Part shown: piece after piece, positions 47,383 to 56,514 of the stretch
How the letters are laid out: each line of letters starts with the position of its first letter
How positions within the stretch are numbered: position 1 is the stretch's first letter
Assembly (NCBI GenBank): GCA_036405415.1
Contig: DASWXP010000002.1
Span: forward strand, 556,450-620,449
Direction of reading: 5' to 3'
Length of the DNA: 64,000 nt
Origin: Minisyncoccota bacterium
GTDB taxonomy: Bacteria; Patescibacteriota; Minisyncoccia; Phycocordibacterales; Phycocordibacteraceae
Made by a program: the position numbers and the translations under genes
The notes under the pieces: model-generated
The model's database searches: none
The model's input: the letters and a program-made list of their open reading frames with translations, nothing else
What the model was told of the DNA's origin: nothing

Positions 47383-47825
47383 TGAACCACAGCCGCGGCT
47401 TCACCCTCATCGAGCTTCTCGTAGTGATTGCCATCATCGGCGTACTTTCCTCGGTGGTGCTCGCGTCCCTTAATACCGCGCGCACGAAATCTCGCGATGC
47501 TGCACGCGTGGCTACCATGAAGCAGATCCAGAACGCACTCGCGCTGTATCACCTCGACCGTGGATATTATCCTACGATTACGGAGAACGAGTGTGGAGGA
47601 ACAGAAGGATTCACCACGAGCAACAACAATTTCATGCAGTCCCTGGTATCAGGCGGGTATCTGCCTGCGTATCCCATCGATCCAGGGAACCTGAGCTGTG
47701 GTATGCAGTACTACCAGAGCGGCAATAATGCCTACTATCTGTTCTACCGGCTCGAGGCTGGTCCTGTACCGTCTGCTACTGGCTGCAACCAGCCCCCGAC
47801 CTGGTACTGCATAGCCGGTGGTTAG
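47379..47825 (+). CDS. Type IV pilin / GspG-like pseudopilin
   Basis: RG|FTLIELLVVIAIIGVLSSVVLASL, ALALYH..GYYP, YPIDP. Confidence 0.9.
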   Translation: MMNHSRGFTLIELLVVIAIIGVLSSVVLASLNTARTKSRDAARVATMKQIQNALALYHLDRGYYPTITENECGGTEGFTTSNNNFMQSLVSGGYLPAYPIDPGNLSCGMQYYQSGNNAYYLFYRLEAGPVPSATGCNQPPTWYCIAGG

Positions 47826-47877
47826 GACCGCACTGCATCTTGCCACTGCGCCGTATTTCAGGCATACTCCAGGAACT

Positions 47878-48504
47878 ATGCAGCACAACCTTACCGTTTC
47901 CCCGCGCGATATCGTCGGGAAGAGTTCCGGCAAGCTCGCTGACGAGGGCCTTATCCCGGCCGTCGTCTACGGGCCGAAGCAGGAGGCTCTCTCCATTTCC
48001 GTTCCGCTCCTCCCGTTCGAGGCAGTGCTCCGCCATGGCGGCGAGAGCGCGCTCATCGAGCTTTCAGGCCTCTCGAAGCCGATGCAGGTCCTCGTGCACG
48101 ATCTTGATCGCGACCCAGTAACGCACGTGCCGCGCCACGTCGACTTCTACGCGGTCGAGAAGGGCGCCAAGGTGCAGGTCATGGTGCCGCTGTCGTTCGT
48201 AGGCGAGTCCATGGCGATGAAGCAGGGCGCGAACCTCGTGAAGGTGCTTCACGAGGTTGAGGTCGAGTGCGATCCTTCGAAGATTCCGGCTGAGATCGAG
48301 GTGGACATCACGGCGCTCGCGGCCGAGGGCGACCAGATCCACATCTCCGACATCAAGGCTCCTTCTGGCGTTACTATCCTTACGTCAGGCGAGGAGGTGG
48401 CTGCGATCGCCCAGGCGGTCGAGGAAGAGTCCGAGGAGGGCGCTGCGCTCGATATGGACGCAATCGAGGTAGAGAAGAAGGGCAAGGAAGAGGAAGGCGC
48501 GTAA
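47878..48504 (+). CDS. rplY: 50S ribosomal protein L25/Ctc
   Basis: GLIPAVVYG, DPVT..PRHVDF, GDQIHISD, acidic tail. Confidence 0.92.
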   Translation: MQHNLTVSPRDIVGKSSGKLADEGLIPAVVYGPKQEALSISVPLLPFEAVLRHGGESALIELSGLSKPMQVLVHDLDRDPVTHVPRHVDFYAVEKGAKVQVMVPLSFVGESMAMKQGANLVKVLHEVEVECDPSKIPAEIEVDITALAAEGDQIHISDIKAPSGVTILTSGEEVAAIAQAVEEESEEGAALDMDAIEVEKKGKEEEGA

Positions 48505-48527
48505 GCCTGAACGCTTCATGTTCCCGG

Positions 48528-48556
48528 AGAAGCCCGCACGGTAAGTGCGGGCTTCT
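48528..48556 (+). terminator. Hairpin terminator after rplY
   Basis: AGAAGCCCGCAC-GGTAA-GTGCGGGCTTCT. Confidence 0.6.
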
Positions 48557-48588
48557 CCATTTCGTCTTCTGGTATACTACTAGTCCCA

Positions 48589-49920
48589 ATGAAGCGAATC
48601 GTTGTCGTACTTTCCGTGTTCGCGCTCTTGGTCGCCGGTCCCGCCGCGATCCTCGCGCAGGAACTAACTGCGAGCGAGCGCGCCGAGCTCGAGCGGCAGC
48701 TCGCGGACCTCGAGCGCGAGATGCAGAAGACACAGGCTACGATCGACAATCTTTCCGCACAGGGCGCTTCGCTCCAGCGCGATATCGCCATCCTCGACGG
48801 AGAGATCAAGCGCGCGCGCCTCAAGGTGCAGACCGCAGAAGCCGAGATCCGTGCGCTCGCGGCAGGCATCGTGGTGCACACGCGCACCATAGGAACGCTT
48901 AGCGAGAAGATGGTGCGCGAACGGGACTCGCTCGCGCAGATCCTGCGCAAGACCGATGCGATCGACGACTACACGCTCGTCGAAGCGGTGCTTTCAGGCG
49001 CCGAGATCTCTGATTTCTTCAGCGACCTCGATACGTTCGCCTCGATCAAGCAGGCGATGCGCACCTCCTTCGAGGAGCTCCGGGCTACGAAGGCGGAAAC
49101 GCAGGAAGAGCGATCGGGTCTCGAGAGCCAGAAGACCGATCAGGAGATCCTCAGGTCTGCGCTCGTGCTCGCGCAGCGCGAGGTAGAGGCGAAGGAAGCC
49201 GAGAAGAAGAAGCTCCTGGCTGAGACGAAGGGGCAGGAGAGCCTGTACCGCGGCCTCAAGTCCTCGCAGGAACAGACTGCGGCGCAGATCCGCGCGAAAC
49301 TGTTCCCGCTGCGCGATACCTCGGGCATCCAGTTCGGAGATGCGGTGCGCTATGCGCAGACCGCGAGCGCGCGTACCGGAGTGCGCCCGGCGCTCATCCT
49401 CGCGATCCTTTCGCAGGAAAGCGATCTCGGAAAGAACGTAGGACAGTGTCTCATCACGGATCTTGCAACCGGAGACGGAAAGGGCAAGAACACCGGTACG
49501 CCGTTCCCGGGAACCATGAAGGCGCCGCGCGACACGGTTCCGTTCGAGCGTCTCATGAAGGCCGCAGGCCGCGATCCTCTGAATACGCCGGTCTCATGTC
49601 CGCTTCCGGGCGGCTACGGCGGCGCGATGGGTCCGACCCAGTTCATCCCAAGCACCTGGGAGATGTACGAAGGACGCATCAAGGCCGCGCTTGGCGTGTC
49701 TGCGGCAGATCCGTGGAATGCGTCCCATGCGGTTATGGCTACCGCGCTCTATCTCGCTGATGTGGGTGCAGGAGGCGGAACCTATCTCGCGGAGCACACG
49801 GCAGCCGCCAAGTACTACGCAGGAGGGAACTGGGCCTCGAGCGGCCAGGGATACGGCAACAGCGTGATGAGCAAGGCCGCAGCGTTCCAGAAGGACATCG
49901 ACTTCCTCGAGGCGAATTAG
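48589..49920 (+). CDS. Secreted PcsB/CwlO-like coiled coil + lytic transglycosylase (SLT_2/MltB-like)
   Basis: Signal peptide, long heptad region, AILSQES (catalytic Glu), GAMGPTQFIPSTW, ADPWN..A.YL. Confidence 0.85.
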   Translation: MKRIVVVLSVFALLVAGPAAILAQELTASERAELERQLADLEREMQKTQATIDNLSAQGASLQRDIAILDGEIKRARLKVQTAEAEIRALAAGIVVHTRTIGTLSEKMVRERDSLAQILRKTDAIDDYTLVEAVLSGAEISDFFSDLDTFASIKQAMRTSFEELRATKAETQEERSGLESQKTDQEILRSALVLAQREVEAKEAEKKKLLAETKGQESLYRGLKSSQEQTAAQIRAKLFPLRDTSGIQFGDAVRYAQTASARTGVRPALILAILSQESDLGKNVGQCLITDLATGDGKGKNTGTPFPGTMKAPRDTVPFERLMKAAGRDPLNTPVSCPLPGGYGGAMGPTQFIPSTWEMYEGRIKAALGVSAADPWNASHAVMATALYLADVGAGGGTYLAEHTAAAKYYAGGNWASSGQGYGNSVMSKAAAFQKDIDFLEAN

Positions 49921-49981
49921 TCTCACTGTATCAACACGACTCCAGGGGAAGGAGTTGGAAGGTGCTACCCTATATTTGTAT

Positions 49982-51940
49982 ATGAACGCCACACTCAAGA
50001 CGCTCCTCCTCAGCTTGTTTATCGGTATCGGAATCGCAGGATTCTTCCTTGCGCCCCAGCCCGCGAACGCAGCCGCATGTAATTTCAGCAACACGAACAT
50101 ACGAATCGCGTGGACTCCGAGTTCTCCCTATGACATGCAGGGAGGAACAAGCAGCTACTCCTATTCTCCCGGCACCACGGTAGCGAGATCCTACGGAGAA
50201 CTGAGCCTCAACCCTCAAACACCGAGGAACTGGACGGTGTCGGTGAACGTGACGAATAACGGGGTCACAAAGACATTGAGCACGTCAGAGTGTAACTGGG
50301 CGTATATCAACGGTCCGTGTTACACCCAGACAGGGGATCAGGATATCGGAGGTGCGACCTTCAATATGTTTTTCGAGGTGCAGTCTTATATAAAGGCTGA
50401 GATTACCTGTACGCCATCGCCTGAAGTAACGCCAGACCTTATCGGACAGGTCGGTGGCGCTCGTACCGTACAGGCGGAGCAGCCGGTTACCCTTTATGGA
50501 GCGATCGCGAATAGTGGCGGAAACGCCGGAGCATTCGAGAACATCATCCAGGTATGCGACCAGAGCTGCTTCACGCTTAACCGAATACTCTCAGCGACCA
50601 CGCTGTCGTCACTCGCTGCAGGGAGCTCTGCGGCCATATCCGCAACATTTACACCGGCCGCAACTCCTGGCGTCACGGACTACATGTATCGAGTGTGCGC
50701 GAACACGCGTGTTACTACGAGCAAGGGATCAAGCACCTGGAGCAACCCTGCTACTGAATCCAATTATGCGAACAACTGTAGCGGGTGGCAGTCCCTCACG
50801 ATCCAGCAAGCGCCGGTGCCGCCGACCGCAAACCTGACACTGACACCAGCGTCCATTGCTTACGGGGGCGCATCCATCCTGCAGTGGGGCTCGACGAATG
50901 CCACGTCCTGCACCGGTACCAACTTCTCGACGGGAGGGGCGACTTCGGGAAGTGTGTCCGTAACGGCGACGCAGAACACAACCTACACCGTGACGTGTAC
51001 GGGCGCTGCGGGAAGCGCGTCCGATTCCGAGCTTCTTAGCGTCGGCGCACAGCCGCAGCCAGACCTGGTCGCAGGTACGGTGACTGCGGGAAGCCCGCAG
51101 GCAGGCGTCTCCGCGACACTTTCAGCGGATGTTACCAACGTCGGTCCTGCAACCTCAGGCTCGTTCCCGATCCTCTTCCAAGTGTCCGAGACCGGCGCGC
51201 TCGCGCAAAGCGGGTATCTTGCGGCGCTCGGCTCCGGAGCCTCCCGAAGCGGGTCTGCGTCCTACACGTTCCCTGCGGCCGGAACCTACCAGGTCCGAGC
51301 ATGCGCTAACTACAATACGAGCTGGACAGCAATTACGACTGAGTCGAATTATGCGAACAATTGCGGACCGTGGACTACCATAACCGTTTCTTCTGCGCCG
51401 CAGCCGCCAGCCCTCTCCTGCAGCGTATCGCCAACGTCGGTTGCCCTGGGAGGATCGGTCACGTATAGGGCGAATCCGTCCGGCGGCGCATCAGGTCCCT
51501 ATACCTGGGTTGCAGCAGATGGCGGTAGCTATGGCACGGGCGCAACCGTAACCCGAACCTTCACGGCTTCGGGAACCTACGCCATGAACGTGGATACGTC
51601 CTCGACCGCGAGATCCTACTGTCCGAACGTGACGGTGACGTCGAACGCATGCAGCGGGGCAAGCACGAATCTCACGATAACCGCGACCCCTGAGCGCGTT
51701 CGGGCGGGGCAGTCATCGACCATAACCTGGAACGCTACTGGAGTGAATGGAGAGAGTGCCACCTGCACGGTCTCAGGTCCGGGCATATCCTGGAGCTCTC
51801 CGGTATCCGCAGCGCCGCAGTGTTCCGTAGGTGGCTCAGCATCCGCAACGATTGCCTCTCAGAGCACCTACACCCTCACCTGCGGCGGGGTCTCCGAGAA
51901 CGTCGTGGTGAACGTGATCCCGAAGATTATCGAGTTCTAG
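49982..51940 (+). CDS. Secreted Cys-rich CARDB/Ig-domain surface protein (paralog B)
   Basis: Signal peptide; two ESNYANNC CARDB ends; C-terminal ~290 aa collinear with 39499-40992; ends VIPKIIEF. Confidence 0.72.
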   Translation: MNATLKTLLLSLFIGIGIAGFFLAPQPANAAACNFSNTNIRIAWTPSSPYDMQGGTSSYSYSPGTTVARSYGELSLNPQTPRNWTVSVNVTNNGVTKTLSTSECNWAYINGPCYTQTGDQDIGGATFNMFFEVQSYIKAEITCTPSPEVTPDLIGQVGGARTVQAEQPVTLYGAIANSGGNAGAFENIIQVCDQSCFTLNRILSATTLSSLAAGSSAAISATFTPAATPGVTDYMYRVCANTRVTTSKGSSTWSNPATESNYANNCSGWQSLTIQQAPVPPTANLTLTPASIAYGGASILQWGSTNATSCTGTNFSTGGATSGSVSVTATQNTTYTVTCTGAAGSASDSELLSVGAQPQPDLVAGTVTAGSPQAGVSATLSADVTNVGPATSGSFPILFQVSETGALAQSGYLAALGSGASRSGSASYTFPAAGTYQVRACANYNTSWTAITTESNYANNCGPWTTITVSSAPQPPALSCSVSPTSVALGGSVTYRANPSGGASGPYTWVAADGGSYGTGATVTRTFTASGTYAMNVDTSSTARSYCPNVTVTSNACSGASTNLTITATPERVRAGQSSTITWNATGVNGESATCTVSGPGISWSSPVSAAPQCSVGGSASATIASQSTYTLTCGGVSENVVVNVIPKIIEF

Positions 51941-52012
51941 GCCTCCATACCAGGCTTTACGGAGCGCTCCGGCATTGCTGCCGGGGCGCTCCTCTGGTAT
52001 AGTCCCTCTGAC

Positions 52013-52261
52013 ATGAAGAAAGACACGCATCCGAAAGACTACCGACAGGTCCTTTTTGAGGACATGTCTTCTGGCGCCCAGTTCCTCGTTGGGTCCACCA
52101 TCCGCACGTCCGAGACCGGCACCTACGAGGGCAAGGAATACCCGAAGTACGTGATCGAGATCTCGAGCCAGTCCCACCCGTTCTACACCGGCGAGGACCG
52201 CTCGCTCGACAAGACCGGACGCGTGGAGCGCTTCAAGCAGCGCGCAGCGAAGAAGCAGTAG
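52013..52261 (+). CDS. rpmE2: 50S ribosomal protein L31 type B
   Basis: MKKDTHP..YRQVLFED, EISSQSHPFYTG, GRVERF; no Cys. Confidence 0.93.
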   Translation: MKKDTHPKDYRQVLFEDMSSGAQFLVGSTIRTSETGTYEGKEYPKYVIEISSQSHPFYTGEDRSLDKTGRVERFKQRAAKKQ

Positions 52262-52330
52262 AGAGGGGAGGAAGAAGGCGCGGGGCCCTATGGTCCCGCG
52301 CCTCTCCCGTTACGCTATACTCAGAGACAC

Positions 52331-53287
52331 ATGATCGACTACTCGCCCGAGTTCAAGCAGAACCATCAGACCGCATATCTTGCGGAGGAGTATGAGCGGT
52401 TGTCGCGCGAGAAGACGGAAGCACTTGAGGCGGCCGGCGAGGACGCGGTGCTTCGCGAGATGGCTGCAGAAGACGAAGCGCGCATCGAGGCACGCCAGAA
52501 GGACATCCTCCTTGAGATCGAGAAGATCCTCGACAAGGAGAAGGAAGAGGCTGCAGCAGCCAAAGCGATCGTGCTTGAGTTCCGCGCAGGCGCAGGCGGC
52601 GACGAGGCGAACCTCTTCGCGCAGGAGCTCCGCGATATGTATATGAAGTACGCGGAAGGGAAGCGCTGGCGCGTGCGCAGCATCGACGACCTCACGCTCG
52701 AGATCGAGAGCGCGGAAGCCTATGAGGCGCTCCGGTACGAGACCGGCGTACATCGCGTGCAGCGCGTTCCGGTTACGGAGAAGTCCGGACGCATCCATAC
52801 CTCTACCGCGTCCGTTGCGGCGCTCCCGATCCGGCAGAAGCCGGTGGTTACGATTAATCCGTCCGACATCGAGATGGAGTTCACCCGCTCAGGAGGTGCC
52901 GGAGGCCAGAACGTGAACAAGGTGGAGACGGCGGTCCGTCTCATCCATACGCCGTCGGGTATCGATGTGCGCTCATCCAGCGAGCGCAGCCAGCTTGCGA
53001 ACCGCGAGAAGGCCATGGCAATCCTCGCCGCGAAGCTCGAGGCGCTTGCTATAGAGAAGGAGGCGTCCGAGCATGCGGCGCTCCGATCCGGCCAGATCGG
53101 CACCGGGGACCGCTCGGAGAAGATCCGGACCTACAACTTCCTCCAGGATCGCGTGACTGACCATCGTCTCAAGGAATCCTGGCACAACCTCCCGAAGATC
53201 CTCCAGGGCGGGATTGACCCTATCGTGGGGGCTCTCCAGGCGGCTGCCGAGAGCGGGGGTATCGGGGCGGCCGAGGATGGCGATTGA
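52331..53287 (+). CDS. prfA: Peptide chain release factor 1 (short N-terminal domain)
   Basis: [12 protein letters not shown] (PxT), [28 protein letters not shown]. Confidence 0.93.
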   Translation: MIDYSPEFKQNHQTAYLAEEYERLSREKTEALEAAGEDAVLREMAAEDEARIEARQKDILLEIEKILDKEKEEAAAAKAIVLEFRAGAGGDEANLFAQELRDMYMKYAEGKRWRVRSIDDLTLEIESAEAYEALRYETGVHRVQRVPVTEKSGRIHTSTASVAALPIRQKPVVTINPSDIEMEFTRSGGAGGQNVNKVETAVRLIHTPSGIDVRSSSERSQLANREKAMAILAAKLEALAIEKEASEHAALRSGQIGTGDRSEKIRTYNFLQDRVTDHRLKESWHNLPKILQGGIDPIVGALQAAAESGGIGAAEDGD

Positions 53288-53321
53288 TAGGAAAAAGGCC
53301 TTGTGGTAAGCTAGCGAAATC

Positions 53322-54032
53322 ATGACTGAAGTATCACAGACCGCCATGAGCGGCCCTGGCGTTGAGCGTCTATTCGGCGCCGGCGCTCATTTTGCGCAGG
53401 TGAAGAGCCGTCGCCATCCGACCATGCGTCCGTTCGTGCTCGGCGCGAAGTCCAATGTCGAGATCTTCGACCTTAAGAAGACCGATGAGCAGCTCGCGAA
53501 GGCGAAGTCCGTAATGGCAGCGCTCGCACGCGATGGCAAGGTAGTCCTCGTCGTCGGCGGCAAGCGCGAGGCTCAGGACGGCGTAAAGGCAATCGGCAAG
53601 CGCCTCGGCGTTCCGTTCGTCGCCGGCCGCTGGCTCGGCGGTACGCTCACGAACTTCACGGAGATCAAGAAGCGCATCGATCGCCTTGCTGACCTTTCTC
53701 AGAAGCGTGACAACGGCGAGCTCGCAAAGCTCTACACGAAGCTCGAGCGCATCCGCATCGACCGCGAGATCGAGAAGCTCACGACCCGCCTTTCCGGCCT
53801 TACCTCGCTCCAGCGCCGCCCGGACGCGATGGTTATCGTCGATACCCGCCATGAGGCGCATGCGTCCCGCGAGGCACGCGCGCTCGGCATCCCGGTCATC
53901 GGCGTGATGAGCTCTGACTGCGACCTTAAGGACGCGACCTACCCGGTGGTAGTGAACGACGCATCCCGCGACACCATCGCGCTCGTGCTCGACGAGCTCG
54001 CGTCTGCGTACGAGTCAGGCCTCAAGGGCTAG
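53322..54032 (+). CDS. rpsB: 30S ribosomal protein S2
   Basis: AGAHF, RWLGGTLTNF, EARALGIPVI, NDAS. Confidence 0.95.
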   Translation: MTEVSQTAMSGPGVERLFGAGAHFAQVKSRRHPTMRPFVLGAKSNVEIFDLKKTDEQLAKAKSVMAALARDGKVVLVVGGKREAQDGVKAIGKRLGVPFVAGRWLGGTLTNFTEIKKRIDRLADLSQKRDNGELAKLYTKLERIRIDREIEKLTTRLSGLTSLQRRPDAMVIVDTRHEAHASREARALGIPVIGVMSSDCDLKDATYPVVVNDASRDTIALVLDELASAYESGLKG

Positions 54033-54085
54033 TCTCCGTTTTCGCTCCGGTTCCTCTTACTTACATTCAATAGCGCTTCATACCT

Positions 54086-54667
54086 ATGGACATCTCTCTC
54101 GATACCGTTAAGGTCCTCCGCGACAAGACCGGCGTTTCCATCATGCAGTGCCGCAAGGCGCTCGAGGAGGCCGAGGGCGACATGGACAAGGCCGAGGTTA
54201 TCCTGAAGAAGCGCTCCGGCGCGGCTGCCGACAAGAAGGCGGACCGCGAGCTCGGCGCAGGCGCTATCGGCACCTACGTCCATGACGGCGTGGTGGGCGC
54301 GATGGTCCTCCTTTCGTCCGAGACCGACTTCGTATCGAAGAACGAGGAGTTCGGCGATCTCGCGCGCGCTATCGCGATGCACGTCGCCGCAACCAATCCG
54401 GTCTTCCTCTCGTCTGACGAGATCTCTGAGGATAAGAAGGCAGCAGCCATGTCCATCTTCCAGGAGGAGGTGAAGGACAAACCGGCAGAGATGCAGGAGA
54501 AGATTCTCGAGGGCAAGATGGCGTCCTACTTCAAGGACCAGGTGCTCCTCGAGCAGTCCTACATCCGCGACGACTCGAAGACCGTCCGCGACCTCCTCAA
54601 CGAGGCTTCGCAGAAGTTCGGCGAGCGCGTCGAGATCTCCAAGTTCGCGCGCTTCTCAGCTCGCTAG
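54086..54667 (+). CDS. tsf: Elongation factor Ts (short form)
   Basis: VKVLRDKTG..IMQCRKAL, ETDFV, IAMHVAA, LLEQSYI; follows rpsB. Confidence 0.95.
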   Translation: MDISLDTVKVLRDKTGVSIMQCRKALEEAEGDMDKAEVILKKRSGAAADKKADRELGAGAIGTYVHDGVVGAMVLLSSETDFVSKNEEFGDLARAIAMHVAATNPVFLSSDEISEDKKAAAMSIFQEEVKDKPAEMQEKILEGKMASYFKDQVLLEQSYIRDDSKTVRDLLNEASQKFGERVEISKFARFSAR

Positions 54668-54700
54668 CCGAAGGCCGGGAGACCGGCCTTCTCGCGTATC

Positions 54701-55117
54701 ATGATTTACCTCATCTTCATCGGCGTCTCAGCCCTTCTTCTCGGAGGTTTCTTCCTCCTCATCGCGGTTGAGAGGAATAGCGGAAACCGCGTTCTAGGCT
54801 CCTTCCGCGCGAAGCTTGATCGCAAGGTCTCGCGGACCGCGTTCATAGCGACGCATGTCGACTGGGGCGCGTTTGCACGGCACCTTGCGGGAACGGCGCT
54901 CGAGCGCGTGCTGCATGATATCGCGCATACCATCCTCCAGATGGTCCGCGCAACCGAGAGGATCCTCACGAGGGCTGTGAAGACGCTCCGGGAGCGCCGC
55001 GGCATGCCGGTTGCAGAAGAGGATAGCCAGGACGCGGCGAGCCCGCTCGCTCGAAGTCTCGACCGTGTGCGCACGGCGCTCAGGAGTGCGCGTAAGGCGC
55101 CGAGGAACAAGGCATAA
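54701..55117 (+). CDS. Hypothetical membrane-anchored basic protein
   Basis: N-terminal TM followed by basic helical region; fills the gap after tsf. Confidence 0.6.
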   Translation: MIYLIFIGVSALLLGGFFLLIAVERNSGNRVLGSFRAKLDRKVSRTAFIATHVDWGAFARHLAGTALERVLHDIAHTILQMVRATERILTRAVKTLRERRGMPVAEEDSQDAASPLARSLDRVRTALRSARKAPRNKA

Positions 55118-55160
55118 GAGAAAGCGAGGACCCGGAACGGGCCCTCGCTCGTTTCTTGCT

Positions 55161-55580
55161 TCACGAAGGGAAGAGAAGCGAGAGGTCGCGGAGTGCCTCA
55201 CGCTCGTTGATAGGGCGGTGCACGGCGTTCTCCCACCAAGGCGCGTCTCCCATGCGCTCTTCTGACGCGCCGCTTGCGAACCGCGCGCGCAGGGTGTGCG
55301 GGCGACAGCGACGGGGATCGCTATCATCTCCCACGACCTCAAGGAGCCGGTCGATGCTCGCAACCTCAAGGAGAAGCGCGATGCCGTCCATGCCGCAGAG
55401 TCGCGCGGCTATGGCGTCCCGCGCGCTCTGGTCCATGTGGTCGTAGAGCGCGTGCACGAGCGCTTTTGTGTAGGTGATACGCTTCTCGCGAATAATCGAG
55501 ACTCCCTCATTCTTAAGCGCAGCGACAATCTCGTCACGGCGCCCAGTCGCCTTAGGCTTGATGATGCAGCACGCACGCAT
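55161..55580 (-). CDS. ndk: Nucleoside-diphosphate kinase-like protein (divergent)
   Basis: IIKP, LY.H, VG..DP..RPHTLRARF, ENAVH; AGGAAG SD-like sequence upstream. Confidence 0.7.
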   Translation of the reverse strand: MRACCIIKPKATGRRDEIVAALKNEGVSIIREKRITYTKALVHALYDHMDQSARDAIAARLCGMDGIALLLEVASIDRLLEVVGDDSDPRRCRPHTLRARFASGASEERMGDAPWWENAVHRPINEREALRDLSLLFPS

Positions 55581-55679
55581 GGCTTCCTCCTAACGAACCA
55601 AGGTCCAGTGAGAATATAGGAAGCGGTTGATAGGAGTTTCCTGGATTAAACATAAAGTTTCCGGTATCGTAGCGTAATC

Positions 55680-55752
55680 GCCGGGATAGCTCAGTTGGTA
55701 GAGCAACGGTTTTGTAAACCGTAGGTCGCGAGTTCAAGCCTCGCTCCCGGCT
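55680..55752 (+). tRNA. tRNA-Thr(TGT); CCA not encoded
   Basis: Acceptor GCCGGGA/TCCCGGC, D arm GCTC/GAGC, anticodon stem ACGGT/ACCGT with loop TTTGTAA, T arm GCGAG-TTCAAGC-CTCGC. Confidence 0.97.
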
Positions 55753-55759
55753 CAGGCAA

Positions 55760-55797
55760 GAGAAAAGCGCCCGAGGGAATCCTCGGGCGCTTTTCTC
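55760..55797. terminator. Bidirectional terminator
   Basis: GAGAAAAGCGCCCGAGG-GAAT-CCTCGGGCGCTTTTCTC between the tRNA and a convergent CDS. Confidence 0.8.
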
Positions 55798-55808
55798 ATT
55801 CATTACTC

Positions 55809-56492
55809 CTACTCTTCGCCTTCAGCGTCTGTCGAGCTCGCCATCTCAAACAGCTCCTCAGGGAAGCGTTCCTCGAACGTCTCGAGGTCCTCGAATCCGT
55901 ACGAACGCTCGCCCTCGATAACGAAGGCAGGGAAGCGTTCGTCGATCTTCTCGACCGCGATAAGCGTCTTGAGGGCTCCGAGGTCGAGATTGTAGTCGAA
56001 CGAGTAGACGCGGAGCCCCGGGTACGTCTGGCGGAGGTAGGAGAGCGCGTAGCTGGCGCGGTCACAGCTCTCGCAGGCGCCCGGCTCGTTGGAGTAGAAG
56101 TAGAGCGCGGTCACCGGCTCCACATCGCAGGTGTCCGCGATGCGCTTCGTGAGGAGGTAGTCGCGGATCTGAAGCAGCGTGTACTGCTTCTTGATGCGGA
56201 TAACCTCAGGGTTGTCGCTTCCGAGACGCGATTCGGTAGCGCCGAGACGATCGCCGAGGAGCGATACCTCCTGTGTGAGGTCCGTACCGACCGAGAGATC
56301 CTCGCACGGCGCGTCCTCGAGTAGGGCGAACTGCGTCTCGATGGAGAGGGTGTCGGTGGCGAGCTGCGCCTGGATGGCGTCGAGTTCGGCGATGCGCTGG
56401 CGATCGAGATGATTGATCGCGGCGACGATGGTGCCGAAGATGGCGACAGTAATCGCGAGGGCGAGCAAGGCGTTTCGGGTAGCGAGAGGCAT
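55809..56492 (-). CDS. Membrane-anchored protein with thioredoxin-like CxxC C-terminal domain
   Basis: N-terminal TM, helical region, LYFYS..CESC..VYSFD..FPAFVIEG. Confidence 0.6.
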   Translation of the reverse strand: MPLATRNALLALAITVAIFGTIVAAINHLDRQRIAELDAIQAQLATDTLSIETQFALLEDAPCEDLSVGTDLTQEVSLLGDRLGATESRLGSDNPEVIRIKKQYTLLQIRDYLLTKRIADTCDVEPVTALYFYSNEPGACESCDRASYALSYLRQTYPGLRVYSFDYNLDLGALKTLIAVEKIDERFPAFVIEGERSYGFEDLETFEERFPEELFEMASSTDAEGEE

Positions 56493-56514
56493 GGTACGGG
56501 ATTAGATATAAGAG

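Noticed and set aside
40111-51940. Diversity-generating retroelement TR/VR pair between the CARDB paralogs or the pilins
   Set aside because: Differences involve all bases, not just adenines; both copies are intact genes; no reverse transcriptase in the window
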